Shown here: in pieces, positions 33,280-46,737 of the stretch | Position numbering within the stretch: position 1 is the stretch's first letter | Layout: the number at the start of each line of letters is the position of its first letter | Source: Mustelus asterias | Taxonomy: Eukaryota | DNA length: 64,000 bases | Reading direction: 5' to 3' | NCBI RefSeq assembly: GCF_964213995.1 | Contig: NC_135804.1 | Coordinates: forward strand, 67,580,001-67,644,000 | Position numbers and translations under genes: made by a program | The notes under the pieces: model-generated | What the model saw: the letters and a program-made list of their open reading frames with translations, nothing else | Told to the model about the DNA's origin: nothing | The model's database searches: none

Positions 33280-36200
33280 GATAAAGAAGATAAAGAAACG
33301 GATGTTTTTGTACACATTGGTGCAAATGACGTAGATAGGAAGAGCAGGGGGATCCTACGAGAACAATTCAGGGAGTTGGGAAATAGACTAAAAAGTAGGG
33401 CCTCCAGGGTGGCCATCTCTGGGCTGCTCCCAATGCATCGTGCCAGTGAGGCTAAGAATAGGGAGTTAGTACAATTGAATGCTTGGCTAAAGGACTGGTC
33501 CAGGAGGGAGGGCTTCATTTTCCTAGATCAATCGGAAGTTTTCAGGAGAGGATGGCACCTGTACAAGAAGGACGGGTCACAACTAAGTTGGAAGGGCACG
33601 AATATCCTGGCTGGGAGTTTTGCTAGTGCAGTTCGGGGGGGTTTAAACTAGTATGGCAGGGAGGTGGGGATCAAAATATTAGGTCTACAAGTGTAGAGGC
33701 TGGGGACGAGCTTGGGGCTGGGACAAGGCTGGCAAAGAATAAGAGCACTCTGGGGGAGGATGACCTCACTGTGCCTGGAGGTCTGGCGTGCTTATACTTC
33801 AATGCAAGGAGCGTAGCAGGTAAGACAGACGAACTTAGGGCCTTAATGCTCACGAGGAATTTGGATGTGGTTGCGGTGACAGAGACTTGGTTGAAAGAGG
33901 GACAGAACTGGCAGCTGAATATTCTGGGGTACAAGTGTTTTAGGCGAGACAGAGGAGGGGCCAAAAGAGGTGGGGGAGTAGCAGTGTTAGTTGGAGAGCA
34001 TATTACAGCGGTGCAGAGGGAGGACAATTCAGAGGGGTCGTGTAACGAGTCACTCTGGGTGGAGCTTAGAAACAGGAAGGGCGCAGTCACTATGTTGGGA
34101 GTATACTACAGGCCCCCCAACAGCCCGAGGGAAGTGGAAGAACGGATATGTCAGGAGATACTGGATACGTGCAGGAAAAATAGGGTTGTTGTAGTGGGAG
34201 ACTTCAATTTCCCTGGTATAGACTGGAAATCGCTGAGAGCTGGGACTCTGAATGGGGAGGAATTTGTAAAATGCATACAGGAGGGTTCTTTGGAACAATA
34301 TGTAGATAGCCCGACTAGAGAGGGGGCTATACTGGACCTGGTACTGGGGAATGTGCCCGGTCAGGTCTTCAAAGTTTCGGTAGGGGAACATGTGGCAAAT
34401 AGTGACCACAATTCTGTTAGCTTTAGGATAGTGATGGAAAAGGATGAGTGGTGTCCCAAGGGTAAGGTGTTGGATTGGGGGAAGGCTAACTTGAGTGGGA
34501 TTAGGCAGAAATTGGTTGGGAGAGGCTGTTTGAGGGTAAATCCACATCTGGCATGTGGGAGTCTTTTAAGGAACAGTTGTTCGGGCTGCAGGACAGGCAT
34601 GTGCCTGTAAAAAAGGAGGATAGGAAGGGTAGGATTCAAGAACCGTGGATAACCAGGGAAATTGAGGAATTGGTCAAAAAGAAAAGAGAGGCGTATGTTA
34701 GGTCCAGGCAGCTAAAAACGGAGGGAGCTCTGGAGGAGTACAAAGAAAGTAGGAAAGAACTCAAACGGGGAAGTAGAAGGGCAAAAAGGGGTCACGAAAT
34801 GTCCTTGGCAGACAGGATTAAGGAGAATCCCAAGGCATTTTATTCATACGTTAGGAACAAAAGCTTTGTCAGGGAAAAAATCGGACCTCTCAGGGACAAA
34901 AGTGGGGAATTATGCTTGGAGCCCAAAGAAGTAGGGGAGATCCTAAATGAATACTTTGCGTCGGTATTCACAAAGGAGAGGGATGTGTTGACTGGGAGTG
35001 TCTCGGAGGGGAGTGTTGAACCGTTGGAGAAAATCTCCATTACAAGGGAGGAAGTGTTAGGTTTGTTAGAGAATATAAAGACTGACAAATTCCCAGGGCC
35101 TGATGGAATCTATCCAAGGCTGCTCAGGGAGACGAGAGATGAAATCGCTGGGCCTCTGACGCAAATCTTTGTCTCATCACTGGACACAGGTGAGGTCCCA
35201 GAGGATTGGAGGATAGCTAATGTGGTCCCGTTATTTAAGAAGGGGAGGAAGGATAACCCGGGTAATTATAGGTCGGTGAGCTTGACGTCCGTGGTGGGGA
35301 AGTTGTTGGAAAAGATTCATAGAGATAGGATGTATGCGCATTTAGAAAGGAATAAACTCATTAACAATAGTCAGCATGGTTTTGTGAGAGGGAGGTCATG
35401 CCTCACTAACCTGGTGGAGTTTTTTGAAGAACTGACCAGAATGGTTGACGAGGGAAGGGCCGTGGATGTCGTTTATATGGACTTTAGTAAAGCGTTTGAC
35501 AAAGTCCCTCTTGGTAGGCTGGTGCAAAAGGTTGGATCTCATGGGATAAAGGGGGAGGTGGCTAGATGGGTGGAGAACTGGCTTGGTCACAGAAGACAGA
35601 GGGTGGTAGTGGAAGGGTCTTTTCCCGGCTGGAGGCCTGTGACTAGTGGTGTTCCGCAGGGCTCTGTATTGGGACCTCTGCTGTTTGTGATTTATATAAA
35701 CGGTCTGGAAGAAGGTGTAACTGGGGTGATCAGTAAGTTTGCGGACGACACAAAATTGGCAGGACTTGCAGATAGTGAGGAGCATTGTCAGAGGCTACAG
35801 AAGGATATAGATAGGCTGGAAATTTGGGCAAAGAAATGGCAGATGGAATTCAATCCTGATAAATGCGAAGTGATGCATTTTGGTAGAAATAATGTAGGGA
35901 GGAGCTATACGATAAATGGCAGAACCATAAAGGGTGTAGATACGCAGAGGGACCTGGGTGTGCAAGTCCACAGATCTTTGAAGGTGACGTCACAGGTGGA
36001 GAAGGTGGTGAAGAAGGCATATGGCATACTTGTCTTTATAAGACGGGGCATAGAGTATAAAAGTTGGGGTCTGATGTTGCAGTTGTATAGAACGTTGGTT
36101 CGGCCGCATTTGGAATACTGCGCCCAGTTCTGGTCGCCACACTACCAGAAGGACGTGGAGGCTTTGGAGAGAGTACAGAGGAGGTTTATCAGGATGTTGC

Positions 36201-36640
36201 CTGGTATGGAGGGGCTTAGTTATGAGGAGAGATTGGGTAAACTGGGGTTGTTCTCCCTGGAAAGACGGAGGATGAGGGGAGACTTAATAGAGGTGTATAA
36301 AATTATGAAAGGCATAGATAGGGTGAACGGTGGGAAGCTTTTCCGCAGGTCGGTGGTGACGTTCACAAGGGGTCACAGGTTCAAGGTGAAGGGGGGGAGG
36401 TTTAACACAGATATCAGAAGGACATATTTTACACAGAGGGTGGGGGGGGCCTGGAATGCGCTGCCAGGCAAGATGGTGGAGGCAGACACACTGGGAACGT
36501 TTAAGACTTATCTAGATAGCCATATGAACGGAGTGGGAATGGAGGGATACAAAAGAATGGTCTAGTTTGGACCAGGGAGCGGCACGGGCTTGGAGGGCCG
36601 AAGGGCCTGTTCCTATGCTGTATTGTTCTTTGTTCTTTGT
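33280..36640 (+). mobile_element. Long CR1 LINE: ORF1 C-terminal SGNH-esterase part plus near-complete ORF2 (APE and RT) with one frameshift near 34520
   Basis: HIGAND and ORF 33376-33651 (ORF1 end); ORF 33771-34610 (YFNARS, VTETW, GDFN, SDHN); ORF 34553-36565 (FADD); (TTGTTCT)n tail. Confidence 0.95.
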
Positions 36641-37333
36641 TAAATCCATTCTAATATTTTTCCAACAACTGAAGTGAAGTTTCCTGCAATATTCCCTCTG
36701 CTCTAAACAAGGATGCCAAATTGGCAGTTTTCTAATCCTTTGGCACATTTCCAGAATCCAAGGATCTTAGAATCTTAGATGTTTGTAAAATGACTACTAA
36801 TACATCCATGATTTCTGTAGCTACCGGCTTTAAGATCCTGGCATGTAAGCTATCTGTTCAGGGGTCGCTGTCAGCCTTTAAGCTCATTAGTTTGCTTAAA
36901 ACTAATTCGCTAGTGATGGTGACTCTATATATTTCCTCCCCTGTATTTATTTTATTCTTTCTGGAATGCTTGTAGTATCCTCCACAATCAACACCAAGCA
37001 AAATATTTATTTAACTCCTCAGCCTTTCTCCTCCCTGATTACTTTTTTAGTCCATCTTTGCTGCATTCTGAATCTATAACATTCTTCTGGCCTACCATTA
37101 AGCTTTGCCATCTTATATTTTTCTGTTTGCAATTTAATACCATCCTTAACTTCCTTAGTTATCCATATTAGGTTCTTCCTCCCTTAAGTGTCTTTCCTCC
37201 TCATTGGGATGACATTTGACAAGTTATCTTTGTAAATGTCTGTCAAAGCTCATCTATTGTCTTACCTAGTAATCTATATGACCAGTCTGCTTTGGCAAAT
37301 TCTATCGAGCTACCTTCGTAATTCCTCTTTCTT

Positions 37334-37706
37334 ATCGCTTCTCGGCCTTTTGGCTAAGATCAAGTGTAGTATCCGGCATCGCTTCTCGGCCTTTTGGCTA
37401 AGATCAAGTGTAGTATGGATCGCCTGCACTTGGTTGAGGTCATTAGGTTACGCTGAGGCTTCATATGTTTCATATGAAGCAATTTTTAAAAGCGGCATCT
37501 CGGCCTTTTGGCTAAGATGCAAATGAGCTCAAGTCTTGGAGGAGGATCCTCCCCCTTCTCCAATCAGCTTGACTCATGTAGATCAGGCCCAGGACAGGGT
37601 GGTTTTGGTCTCCCGTCCTGTCTTGTCAGCCTGGATCTGAAATGTCTCAACTTGTTGAGACTCTGAATTGGATTTGATTTGATTGAATTGGAAAAGTATA
37701 AAAAAA
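37334..37706 (+). mobile_element. U2 snRNA-headed SINE-like element with three U2 5' modules, a structured body and an A-rich tail
   Basis: U2 nt 1-40 at 37334-37373, U2 nt 1-39 at 37378-37416, partial U2 stem-loop I at ~37498-37518; ends GAAAAGTATAAAAAAA. Confidence 0.7.
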
Positions 37707-38209
37707 GTTCAACACTGATATTTTAGTCCCAATTTCCTCACACTCAAGCTGAAAACTAAATTATACTGCGATCACCTAAACATTCCTTAACTTTGAGATA
37801 ATTTATTAAACCCACCTCATTACATACACAATATCAGATCCAAGATAGCCTGATCTCAAGTTGGTTCCATAACATTTTGCTCCAAGAAATCATCCCGCAT
37901 GCACTCCATAAATTCATTATCTTGGCTACCATCTCCAGTTTGATTAGCCCAATCTATATGAAAATTGATTAATACAGTGCTCTTTTTAGATGTACTTGTT
38001 CTTCTCTGAAACACTTTCATGCAGTGAGGTTACTTTTCAGGGCCTATACAATCCTTCTACCATTCCCTTCCTCTGGTATTTGACACTTCTACCCAAATCA
38101 ACTCCACATATGAATTTAGATTGTCCCTCAGAACTGTACGCATTTACTGTCATAGTAGCAGAGCTACACCACCACCTTTTCTTTTCCACCTGTCCTTCCC
38201 AAAAGTCAA

Positions 38210-39165
38210 TGATTTTCGATAAGATGTCTCATCAAAGTTTACTGGGCAAAATAACAGCTCATGGTGTAGGGGTAACATATTAGCATGTATAGGAGATTGG
38301 TTTGCTAACAAAAAACAGAGTAGAAATAAATGGACCATTTACACATTTGTAAACTGTAACTCGTAGACTGCCACAGGGATCGGTCCTGAAACCTCAATTA
38401 TTTACAATCTACATCAATGACTTGAATGAATAAACCAAATATATAAGTAGTTCAGGTGCTGGTTGCATGGATATAGCAGCAGAAAGTGGGTTGTCAAGAG
38501 CACAAAAAAGTCTACGAAAGGATTTAGACAAATTTTGAGAGTGAGTTAAATTGGCAGTTGGAGTATCATGTTACACAATATAAATTGTCCACTTTTGGAT
38601 TGAAGAATAAAAAAACATATTATTTGAATGTAGAGAGTGCAGAATCTAATGGTACAGATGGACCTGGGTCTGCTGCTACATTAATCACAAAATCTTGGTG
38701 CTGCAGCAAGTGATTAGGCAGACAATTAAATGTTGATGTTTATTGTAAGGTTAATTAAGTATAAAGGAGGGAATTGTTGCTGCACAGGGCTCTACAGACT
38801 GGAAATGATATGCTCAGTTTCGATCTAATTTAAGAAAGGAAATAATTGCAATCGAAGAATTTCATAGAAGGTTCGATTGACTGATTCCTGGGGTGAAATG
38901 GTTCTCTTATGAGAAAAGATGGAGCAGGTTGGGCAATTATCTACTGGAGCTCAAAAGAATGAGATGGGATATTATTGAAGCATGTAAGAGTCCGAGGGGA
39001 CTTGACAGGGTAGATCGTGAGAAGGTGTTTTCTCCCCTCTGGGTAGTCTAGAACTAGGGGAATCATTTGATAAAATTGGTGTTTTTGATTTAAGACATGA
39101 GATGTCGAGACTTTTGGTAGAGTAAAATTGAGAGGCTGAATGGCCTTTTCCTGTTGTTAATTATT
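38210..39165 (+). mobile_element. Highly decayed CR1 RT/3' fragment
   Basis: Remnants of DKV.H, PQGSVL and YEKRWSRLG motifs. Confidence 0.65.
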
Positions 39166-39664
39166 GTGTGTCCTTATACCATGGATCTTTTTAGTCATGC
39201 TCCAATTCTCCATTACCAAGTGACATTATTTATCAGATTATCTTTGTCTTTTTTCTCCCAGTTAGTTAAGGACTTTTTATTCTACCAAGTCTTCCTGATT
39301 TTCTCATGTATCTATGTTGAATTGTGAGGGGGATGGGGGGAATAGAGTTCTGTCTCATTTACTGCACAATGTGTTTCTTTCTTCACTTCTTTCCAGAGAC
39401 ATCAGCTCAGCTACTTGAAATGTGCACAATTAGTGTTTGCCTGATGACAATGAAATTAAAAAATGTGGAACATTGACCCATCATTTGCACTGATGTTACA
39501 TACAAGGGCCACCATAATGATTGAATTCCAAAGGTTTGATATTCAACATATGGAGCTTAGGAATACACCATCCGTGTGAACATATGGATGGGGAGTGCAA
39601 GATTTCTCTGCCTATGACTTTTTTAAATCTCTTCTTGCTATCTTTTTCTTGTGTTCTTCCAGTG

Positions 39665-39935
39665 TTGGGTCACTGTCTGTGTGGAGTTTGCACATTCTCC
39701 CCGTGTCTGCGTGGGTTTCCTCTGGGTGCTCCAGTTTCCTCCCACGGTCCAAAGATGTGCGGGTTAGGTTGATTGGCCATGCTAAATTGCCCCTTAGTGT
39801 CCCAGGATGCATAGGTTAGAAGGATCAGTGGAGTAATTATGTGGGGTTATGGGGATAGGGCCGAGGTGGGACTGTTGTTGGTGCAGGCTCGATGGGCTAA
39901 ATGACCTCCCTCTGCACTGTCGGGTTTCTATGATT
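39665..39935 (+). mobile_element. V-type SINE, 5'-truncated
   Basis: V-domain and tail present. Confidence 0.8.
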
Positions 39936-40209
39936 CCTGATTCCCCCTACTCTGATTCCTTAGGTTCCCATTCCCCCAGCCATATAGTTTAAACCCATTC
40001 CAGGCACTCTAGCAAGTACCCTCACAAGGACATCAGTCCTGGTCCTGCCCAGGTGTAACTCATCCGGTTTGTACAGATCACACCTCCCCCGGAACTGTTC
40101 CCAATGCCCCAGGAATCTGAAATCCTCCCCCTTACACCATCTTTTCAGCCACGTATCATTTTGTATGTCCTGCTGTTTCTACCCTGACTAGCATGTGGCA
40201 CAGGTAGTA

Positions 40210-40725
40210 ATGCAGTTTTTTTGTCCTTATCTGAGGAAAGATGTCCTTGCTAAAGAGAGAGTACAGCAAAGGTTAAACAGACTAATTCCTCGAATGGCAG
40301 GTCTGTCATATGAGGAGAGACTAAGTCGGTTTGGATTATATTCACTGGAGTTTAGAAGAGTGAGAGGGGATCTTAAAGAAACTTTTAAAAGTCTAACAGG
40401 GTTAGACAGGGTAGATTCAGAAAGAATGTTCCAAATGGTGGGAGATTCCAGAACTAGGGGTCATAGTTTGAGGACTGAGGAGAAATTTCTTCATCCAGAT
40501 GGCGATGAATGTGTGGAATTAATTATCACAGAAAGTGGTTGAAGCCAAAACATTGTCTGATTTCAGGAACAAATCAGATATAGCTCTTGGGGCTAAAGGG
40601 ATCAAGGCATATGGAGGGGAGGAAGGGGGATCAGGATATTGAATTTGATGATCAGCCATGATCAAAATGGAGGTGGAGCAGGCTTGAAGGGCCAAATGGC
40701 CTATTCCTGCTTTTAGTTTCTATGT
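40210..40725 (+). mobile_element. CR1 3' fragment
   Basis: ORF 40195-40542 (YEERLSRFGLYSLEFRRVRGDL). Confidence 0.8.
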
Positions 40726-42297
40726 AATCTTGCGATCACTATCTTTTGAGATCTTACTTTTCAGCTTGCTTCCTCGCTCTTTATCTTCAGCTTTTAGGAC
40801 CTCATCCCTTTTTTACCGATGTCATTTGTACCAATGTGTATCACGACCACTTGCTGTTCACCCTCCCCTTCAGAATGTCCTGCAACCACTCTGAGACACC
40901 AGGGAGGCAACATGCCACCCTGGAGTCTCGCTTGTGACCATAGGAACACCTATCTATCCCTTTTACAATTCTGGTACCTGTCTTTGTTTGCTCTCAATCC
41001 TCGGCTGCTTAGAATTGATTTATTTTCCTGACCTTACAGAAACAAAAAAGCTTATAACCTAAGGGTTTACAATCCAATGCCTGGCATTTCTGCAATATTC
41101 TTAAAGAATCTATTTCTTGCAGTTTGTACTTTGGGTGGATGTCCCTCCCCACTATGTGCTCTCAATGAGAGACTCCATACCATGGGGTAAGTTTTTGCAG
41201 GCATTTTCCCACTATTTCACAGTAACATAGATGTAAAATGCATGGAAACCTGATAACTTCGCTGCATTCCTGCTTCACAGTTTCACCGAATTTGAAGCTC
41301 TTTTTCACCAGTCACATTGGAGAAGTCACAGTGCACTCTAAAAATTCACCACAATGATCTGAAATATGCTGGTTTTCATCATATTGCAGTTTGAATGGTT
41401 ATTTCTAGGAAGTATGTGTAGTATTTCTCACATGCTCTCTAGATTTAGATGTAATGATTGATCCATACTAAGCAATGGACCAAAGACTGAGCTCTATGGA
41501 TCCCCACTGGTACCAATCCTTCCAGTCCTGTGGACATTTGCACTTTGCTTTCAGCCATTCAATCAACTTGGGATACAATTTGGCACTTTCCTTTGGATCA
41601 CGTAAGCTCTAATTTACTTTGCTCAAATCTAAATTGACTACATCAATGCTTCACGCTCATCGATCCTCCTTCTGACCTCAATCAAAAGAGCAAGCACACA
41701 AAAAAGGGAGAAAACAGAGTTAATGTTTCAGATTTGTGATCGAACACCTGTGTTCTTCGCTCTGTACAGATGCTACCTAAACTGCTGAACTTTTCACTAT
41801 TTTCTGTTTTTATTTCGGATTTACGGCAATATTCAGCTTTTGTATTCATTGGTTCTGGTTGAGAAATATATCTCCCTCCCCCTTGTGCTCACCTGGCCAA
41901 TTACTGCACACACGACCAATTAGCACAAAAGCGGAAGCTGCCCATGTTTATCTTTACTTACCCGATTAGTGTGTATGCATTATGTTGGCTCTGTAGTGTG
42001 TTGTTTACAACTTTCTTTGGGGCTAACGTCTCCCCAGACTGTCCGAGATGGAGCAGCGGAAGCAAATCATTCGGTGTCCTCAACTTCAGCTGTCAAATGA
42101 AAACAGTGAAATCCAGATGTGAGGAAGGGCGGAGGTCATGGATGGTCAGGAAATCCAACAGTCCTTTTCCAACCAGAACTGTTCAGGTACTTGTGTCTGT
42201 CCTTAGTAATAGAAATTGACAACCTGAAACGGCCATTCCAAATAACAGGCCCAGCTGATCTTTCAGTATTACTTTGGGAATTAATTAGGAGTCTATG

Positions 42298-42588
42298 ATG
42301 AATCATAGGATCCTTGCAATGCAGAAAGAGGCCATTCAGCCCATTGAGACGGCACTGACAACAATCCCTGCAACCCCACATATTTACTCTAGTTCCCCTT
42401 GATACTAAGGTGCAATTTAGCATGGCCAATCAACCTAATCTTTGAACTGTGGGAGGAAACTGGAGCACCTGGAGCAAATCCACGCAGACACTGGGAGAAT
42501 GTGCAAGCTCCACACAGTCACCAAAGGTCGGAATTGAACCTGTGTCTCTGGCGCTGCAAGGCAGTAATGCTTGCCACTGTGCAGCCCC
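42298..42588 (-). mobile_element. V-type SINE, diverged
   Basis: Homology to the other copies. Confidence 0.75.
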
Positions 42589-43729
42589 ATCAGGAAACAA
42601 AAGCAATGATAACATCGCTTTTAGTTCCTGGTCTCACAGGCTCCTACAAAAATGTAAGAAGGAACCGGAAATCAGGATTAACAAGAAAACAGGATGAAAG
42701 AATTGAGTATTTCATGACAACTATCAAAGTGATGATGCACAGGGGTTGGCCATCTCTATCTGAAATTCACATCTATTATTCGATGAGGTGATTATGATCC
42801 ACATGGTCAGTTATTGGAATGGGAGAAGAAGCAGTTTTTACTGAAATATATGTGATCAGGGAGTTGCATCTGGTATTGAAATATCCAATAACTAAGATAG
42901 AAGAATGGATGCTCTCCTCTTTCACAGGCTATCGAACCAAATGAATTGGTAGCCCCTTCATTACTCAGCGGAACCGCTGTTAGAGATGAAGTTCCAGCAT
43001 TTTGACCCAGTGACAGTGAAGGAACGACAATATATTTCTAAGTCAGGATGGTGTCTGACTTGAACTGGAGCTTCCAGGTGTTGAGGTATTGGTGTTCCCG
43101 TGTGATAAGAAAGCTTACATTTCAAAACTGTCGTAAAACATTTTTTTTCCCAGGAGGCCAAATTTGTTGGAATTCATGGTTTCAAAGCTTGTGTATTTTG
43201 TGAAAAGTTTCCGTTTTGGTTCCAGTTATGATTTAAGGTAACTAGTTGGGAAAGTGTACCTTCAGGTTTCTCAGAAAACAAACTCAGCAGAAACAAAAAT
43301 GGAAAGTTCAGGTTTATGGAGAAACTGACATTCGTTAAAATCAGATGTATAGAAAAAGACAAAAGCCAGTCGATCTCATATCCAAGTGGTGCCAGAAAAG
43401 TAGGGTGAAGAAGGCAGAAGCTATATCCAAGAGCTGGAAACAGGCAAATACATTTACTGATCTTGATTTACAAAATGAACACTTGTGTGCTGAACTGAGG
43501 ATGATCTGAAGACAAATGTCAGTTTGATGAAGACTATGTCTGTGGAATTCAGATTGTTTTGGTGCTACTTTTGGCTGAGGATCAAGTTGGAAGGGGTCAC
43601 CAATAGTTCTTAGCAATACTCTGCTCACTGATGCCCAGTTTGGATTTCACCAGAGTAACTCAGTTCGGTGACCTCATTATAAAATGTTTTTCAAACAAAG
43701 ACAAAAGAGCCAAACTTCACAGGTGGGGT

Positions 43730-45060
43730 AATATGACTGTCCTTGAAATCAATGCAGCATTTGATGGAGTATGGCATCAAAGAGCACTAGCGAAACTGGA
43801 GTCAATAGGAATCGGGGGGAAAACTGTCCGCTGGTTGGAGTCATACCTGCCACAAAGGAACTTGGTTGTGGTTATTGGAGGTGAATCATCTCCGCTCCAA
43901 GATATCACTGCAGGAGTTCCTCAGGGTAGTGTCCTCAGCTCAACCATCTTCAGCTGCTTCATCAATATCCTTCCTTCTATCACAAGGTCAGAAGTAGGGA
44001 TATTTGCACAATCTCCAGCACCATTCATGACTCCTCAGATGCTGAAGCAGCCCATGTCCAAATACAGCAAGACCTGGACAATATACAGGCTTTGGATACA
44101 ATAGCAATTAACATTCGCACTGCACAGCTGCTCAGCAATGATGGCCTCCAACAAGGGAGAATGTAACATTACATTCAATTAAATTACTGAGATAAAAGCA
44201 AAGTACTGTGGATGTTGGAATCTGAAACCACAACAGAAAATGGTTGAAAATCTCAGAAGGTCTGACAGCATCTGTGGAGAGAGAATAGACCCAATGTTTT
44301 GAGTCTGGATGACACTTTGTCAGAGCTGATGAAGGGTCAGCCAGACTCAACATTGGCTGTATTCGCTCTCCACAGGTACTGTCAGACCTGCTGAGATTTT
44401 TCCAGCATTTTCAATTAAATCACCATTGCTTAATCTCCCCTATCAACATCATGGGGGTTACTGTTGACGAGAAATTGAACTGAACTAGTCATATGAATAG
44501 TGTGGTCGTGAGAGCAGGTCAGAGGCTAGGAATCCTGAGGTGAATAACTCACCTCCTGACTCCCCAAATCCTGTCCAGCATCAACATGGCAAGAGTCAGG
44601 TGTGTGATGGAATACTCTCCACTTGCCTGGCTGAGTGCAACTCCAACAATACTCAAGCTCAGCACCATCCAAGGCAAAGCACTCACTTGCTTGGCACCCT
44701 ATCCACCATCTTCAATATCCACCCCCTCTACCAATGATGAATGGTGGTAGCCGTATGTACCCTCTACATGATGCACCTCAGGCACTCACCAAGGCTACTA
44801 ATAAAGCATGATCCGAACTCACAAATGCTACATTCTAGAATGATGAGCAGCAAACACGTGGTAGCACTGCCACCTGGATGTTCACCTCTAAGCAACTCGC
44901 CATCCTGATTTGAAAACATGTCACTGTTTCTACATTGTCATTGATTCAAAAGCCTGGATCTCTCTCCCTAACAGCACTGTGCGCATACCTACCCTCACGT
45001 ACTGCAGTGGTTCAAGAAGGCGGCAATTGAGAGTGGGCTGGTCAGTGATGCCCACATCTA
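43730..45060 (+). mobile_element. Older CR1-group LINE RT/3' fragment
   Basis: ORF 43631-44104 (AAFDGVWHQRALAKLESIGI, GVPQGSVL); 3' end GATGCCCACATC is shared with the SINE family at 12107. Confidence 0.75.
44185..44409. mobile_element. Palindromic hammerhead-motif mini-element with 11-bp TSD
   Basis: Inverted arms centred on CAGAGCTG (~44321-44328); TSD TTCAATTAAAT at 44174-44184 and 44410-44420. Confidence 0.7.
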
Positions 45061-46435
45061 TCACCCCAAATAAACTCTCTGACCTATGTTCATGGCCATT
45101 TCCACGTGGGCTTGCTATTGTCATGTAAATTTTATAATTAGGGCAAACTCTGATAATTTACTTACACCACTTTTTACCTGCATCCTCCTTGCATTCCTTT
45201 CTAGGTCCACCCCTTGAAATAGCTCTCCTCAAATAACTCACCACTACACTTTCTAATTTAGAATTATACAACCTAAGGCTATGATTCATATCAGTGACTG
45301 GTTTTCAAAATCACACCCTCTCCACCCCAGTTCCTACTTTTACTGCCACTATAACCATTAAACTCACTCTCTAATCATTTCCTCTGATCTATATGAAGTA
45401 GATTTTAATGTGTTGCTGAAAAATAGTTTAATCATTCTCCACTAGACTTGACTGGACCACATTAAACATTACTATGGCTAAAACTGATGACAATTCAATA
45501 TTATCTAGGAAGGCAAATTTTTTACCAGCCTTTTCATCTCCACCCCAAACTGTGCTCACAATCCCCTTATCCTATCTCCGCTCAGCCCAGTCCCCAATGA
45601 TAATCCCGAGGAGTTTGAGGAATTCTTTTCTGCAACGATCCATCTGTTCAACTACTTCCATTGTTTCTCTGAACTCAATGAGCCAACTGAAATTTACCTT
45701 TCACCTAATCCATCAATCCACATCTTTCTTTCTCGCTTCACATTCTCTCCTGCATTGATCTCATCAATGTAATCCAGTCCTTGCTCTCTGGATTAGATTC
45801 CAATTTCCTGACCAGCTAAGTTTGATCCTAGTTGATATTATTAATATCAATGATATGTCTTCTCCTTCCAAACTGCTGTCATCGGAACTTGACTGAAAAA
45901 ATCCTTCACAACCCAATCCTGAAAATAACCCTTTCCTTTCAAAGTCTCTTGGATATGTCAGCCTCTCCGAGCTGCGTGCCCATCTTCCTCAAATTGAATC
46001 CCTCCATTTAGCTTTCCACCAATTCCAGGACATCAAAACCACAAATGTCACCCTAGTTGACTCTGGCAAAGTTGAAATATCCCCCCTGGTTCAGTTGGAT
46101 GTGGCTGTTGGCAAAACCTGCTCCTCATCACCATCACTCAGCTCGGTGGGATTGCATTCACCTGATTCAATTTTTATCTATCCAATTGCAGTTAGTGATC
46201 AGCTGTAATAGGTTATTTTCCCACTCCTACCTACACCATTCATTTTTGTACTCTCCACCTCCCTCCTATTTCTCACAATTGCACTGCCTCTCCAAGGTTG
46301 TCATCTGAGAATACTTCATTTCCACATGGATGTTCTCCCAACACGTCTTTCGACTCCTTCTGTTATCTCTAAAGTCAAACTGCTTATCCAGTCCCATTAA
46401 TGGAAGGCAAGAAAGTTCTTCCAGCTAGATTTTGG

Positions 46436-46737
46436 GAATCATAGAATCCCTGCAGTGCAGAAGGAGGCCATTCGGTCATTCGAGTCTGCACCTACCACAA
46501 TCTCACCAAGGCCCTATTCCCATATCCCCTTATATTTACCCTGCTAATCCCCCTGACACTACGGTTAACTTAGCACTGCCAATCAATCTAACCAGCACAT
46601 CTTTGGACTGTGGGAAGAAACTGGAACACCTGGAGAGAATGTACAAACTCCATACAGACAGTGACCCAAAGCTGGAATTGAACCTGGGTCCCTGGCATTG
46701 TGAGGCAGCAGTGCTAACCACTGTGCCACCATGCCGC
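46436..46737 (-). mobile_element. V-type SINE
   Basis: Head and tail match the family. Confidence 0.8.

Noticed and set aside
37334-37416. Functional U2 snRNA gene or CRISPR-like direct repeat
   Set aside because: Only the first ~40 nt of U2 are present, and two adjacent copies separated by 4 nt do not form a repeat-spacer array.
41880-43560. CCAAT/ETS-like promoter and exon-like segments (42050-42187, 42640-42787, 43280-43560)
   Set aside because: Stops in the frames examined and no recognisable protein similarity; cannot be supported without homology or RNA data.
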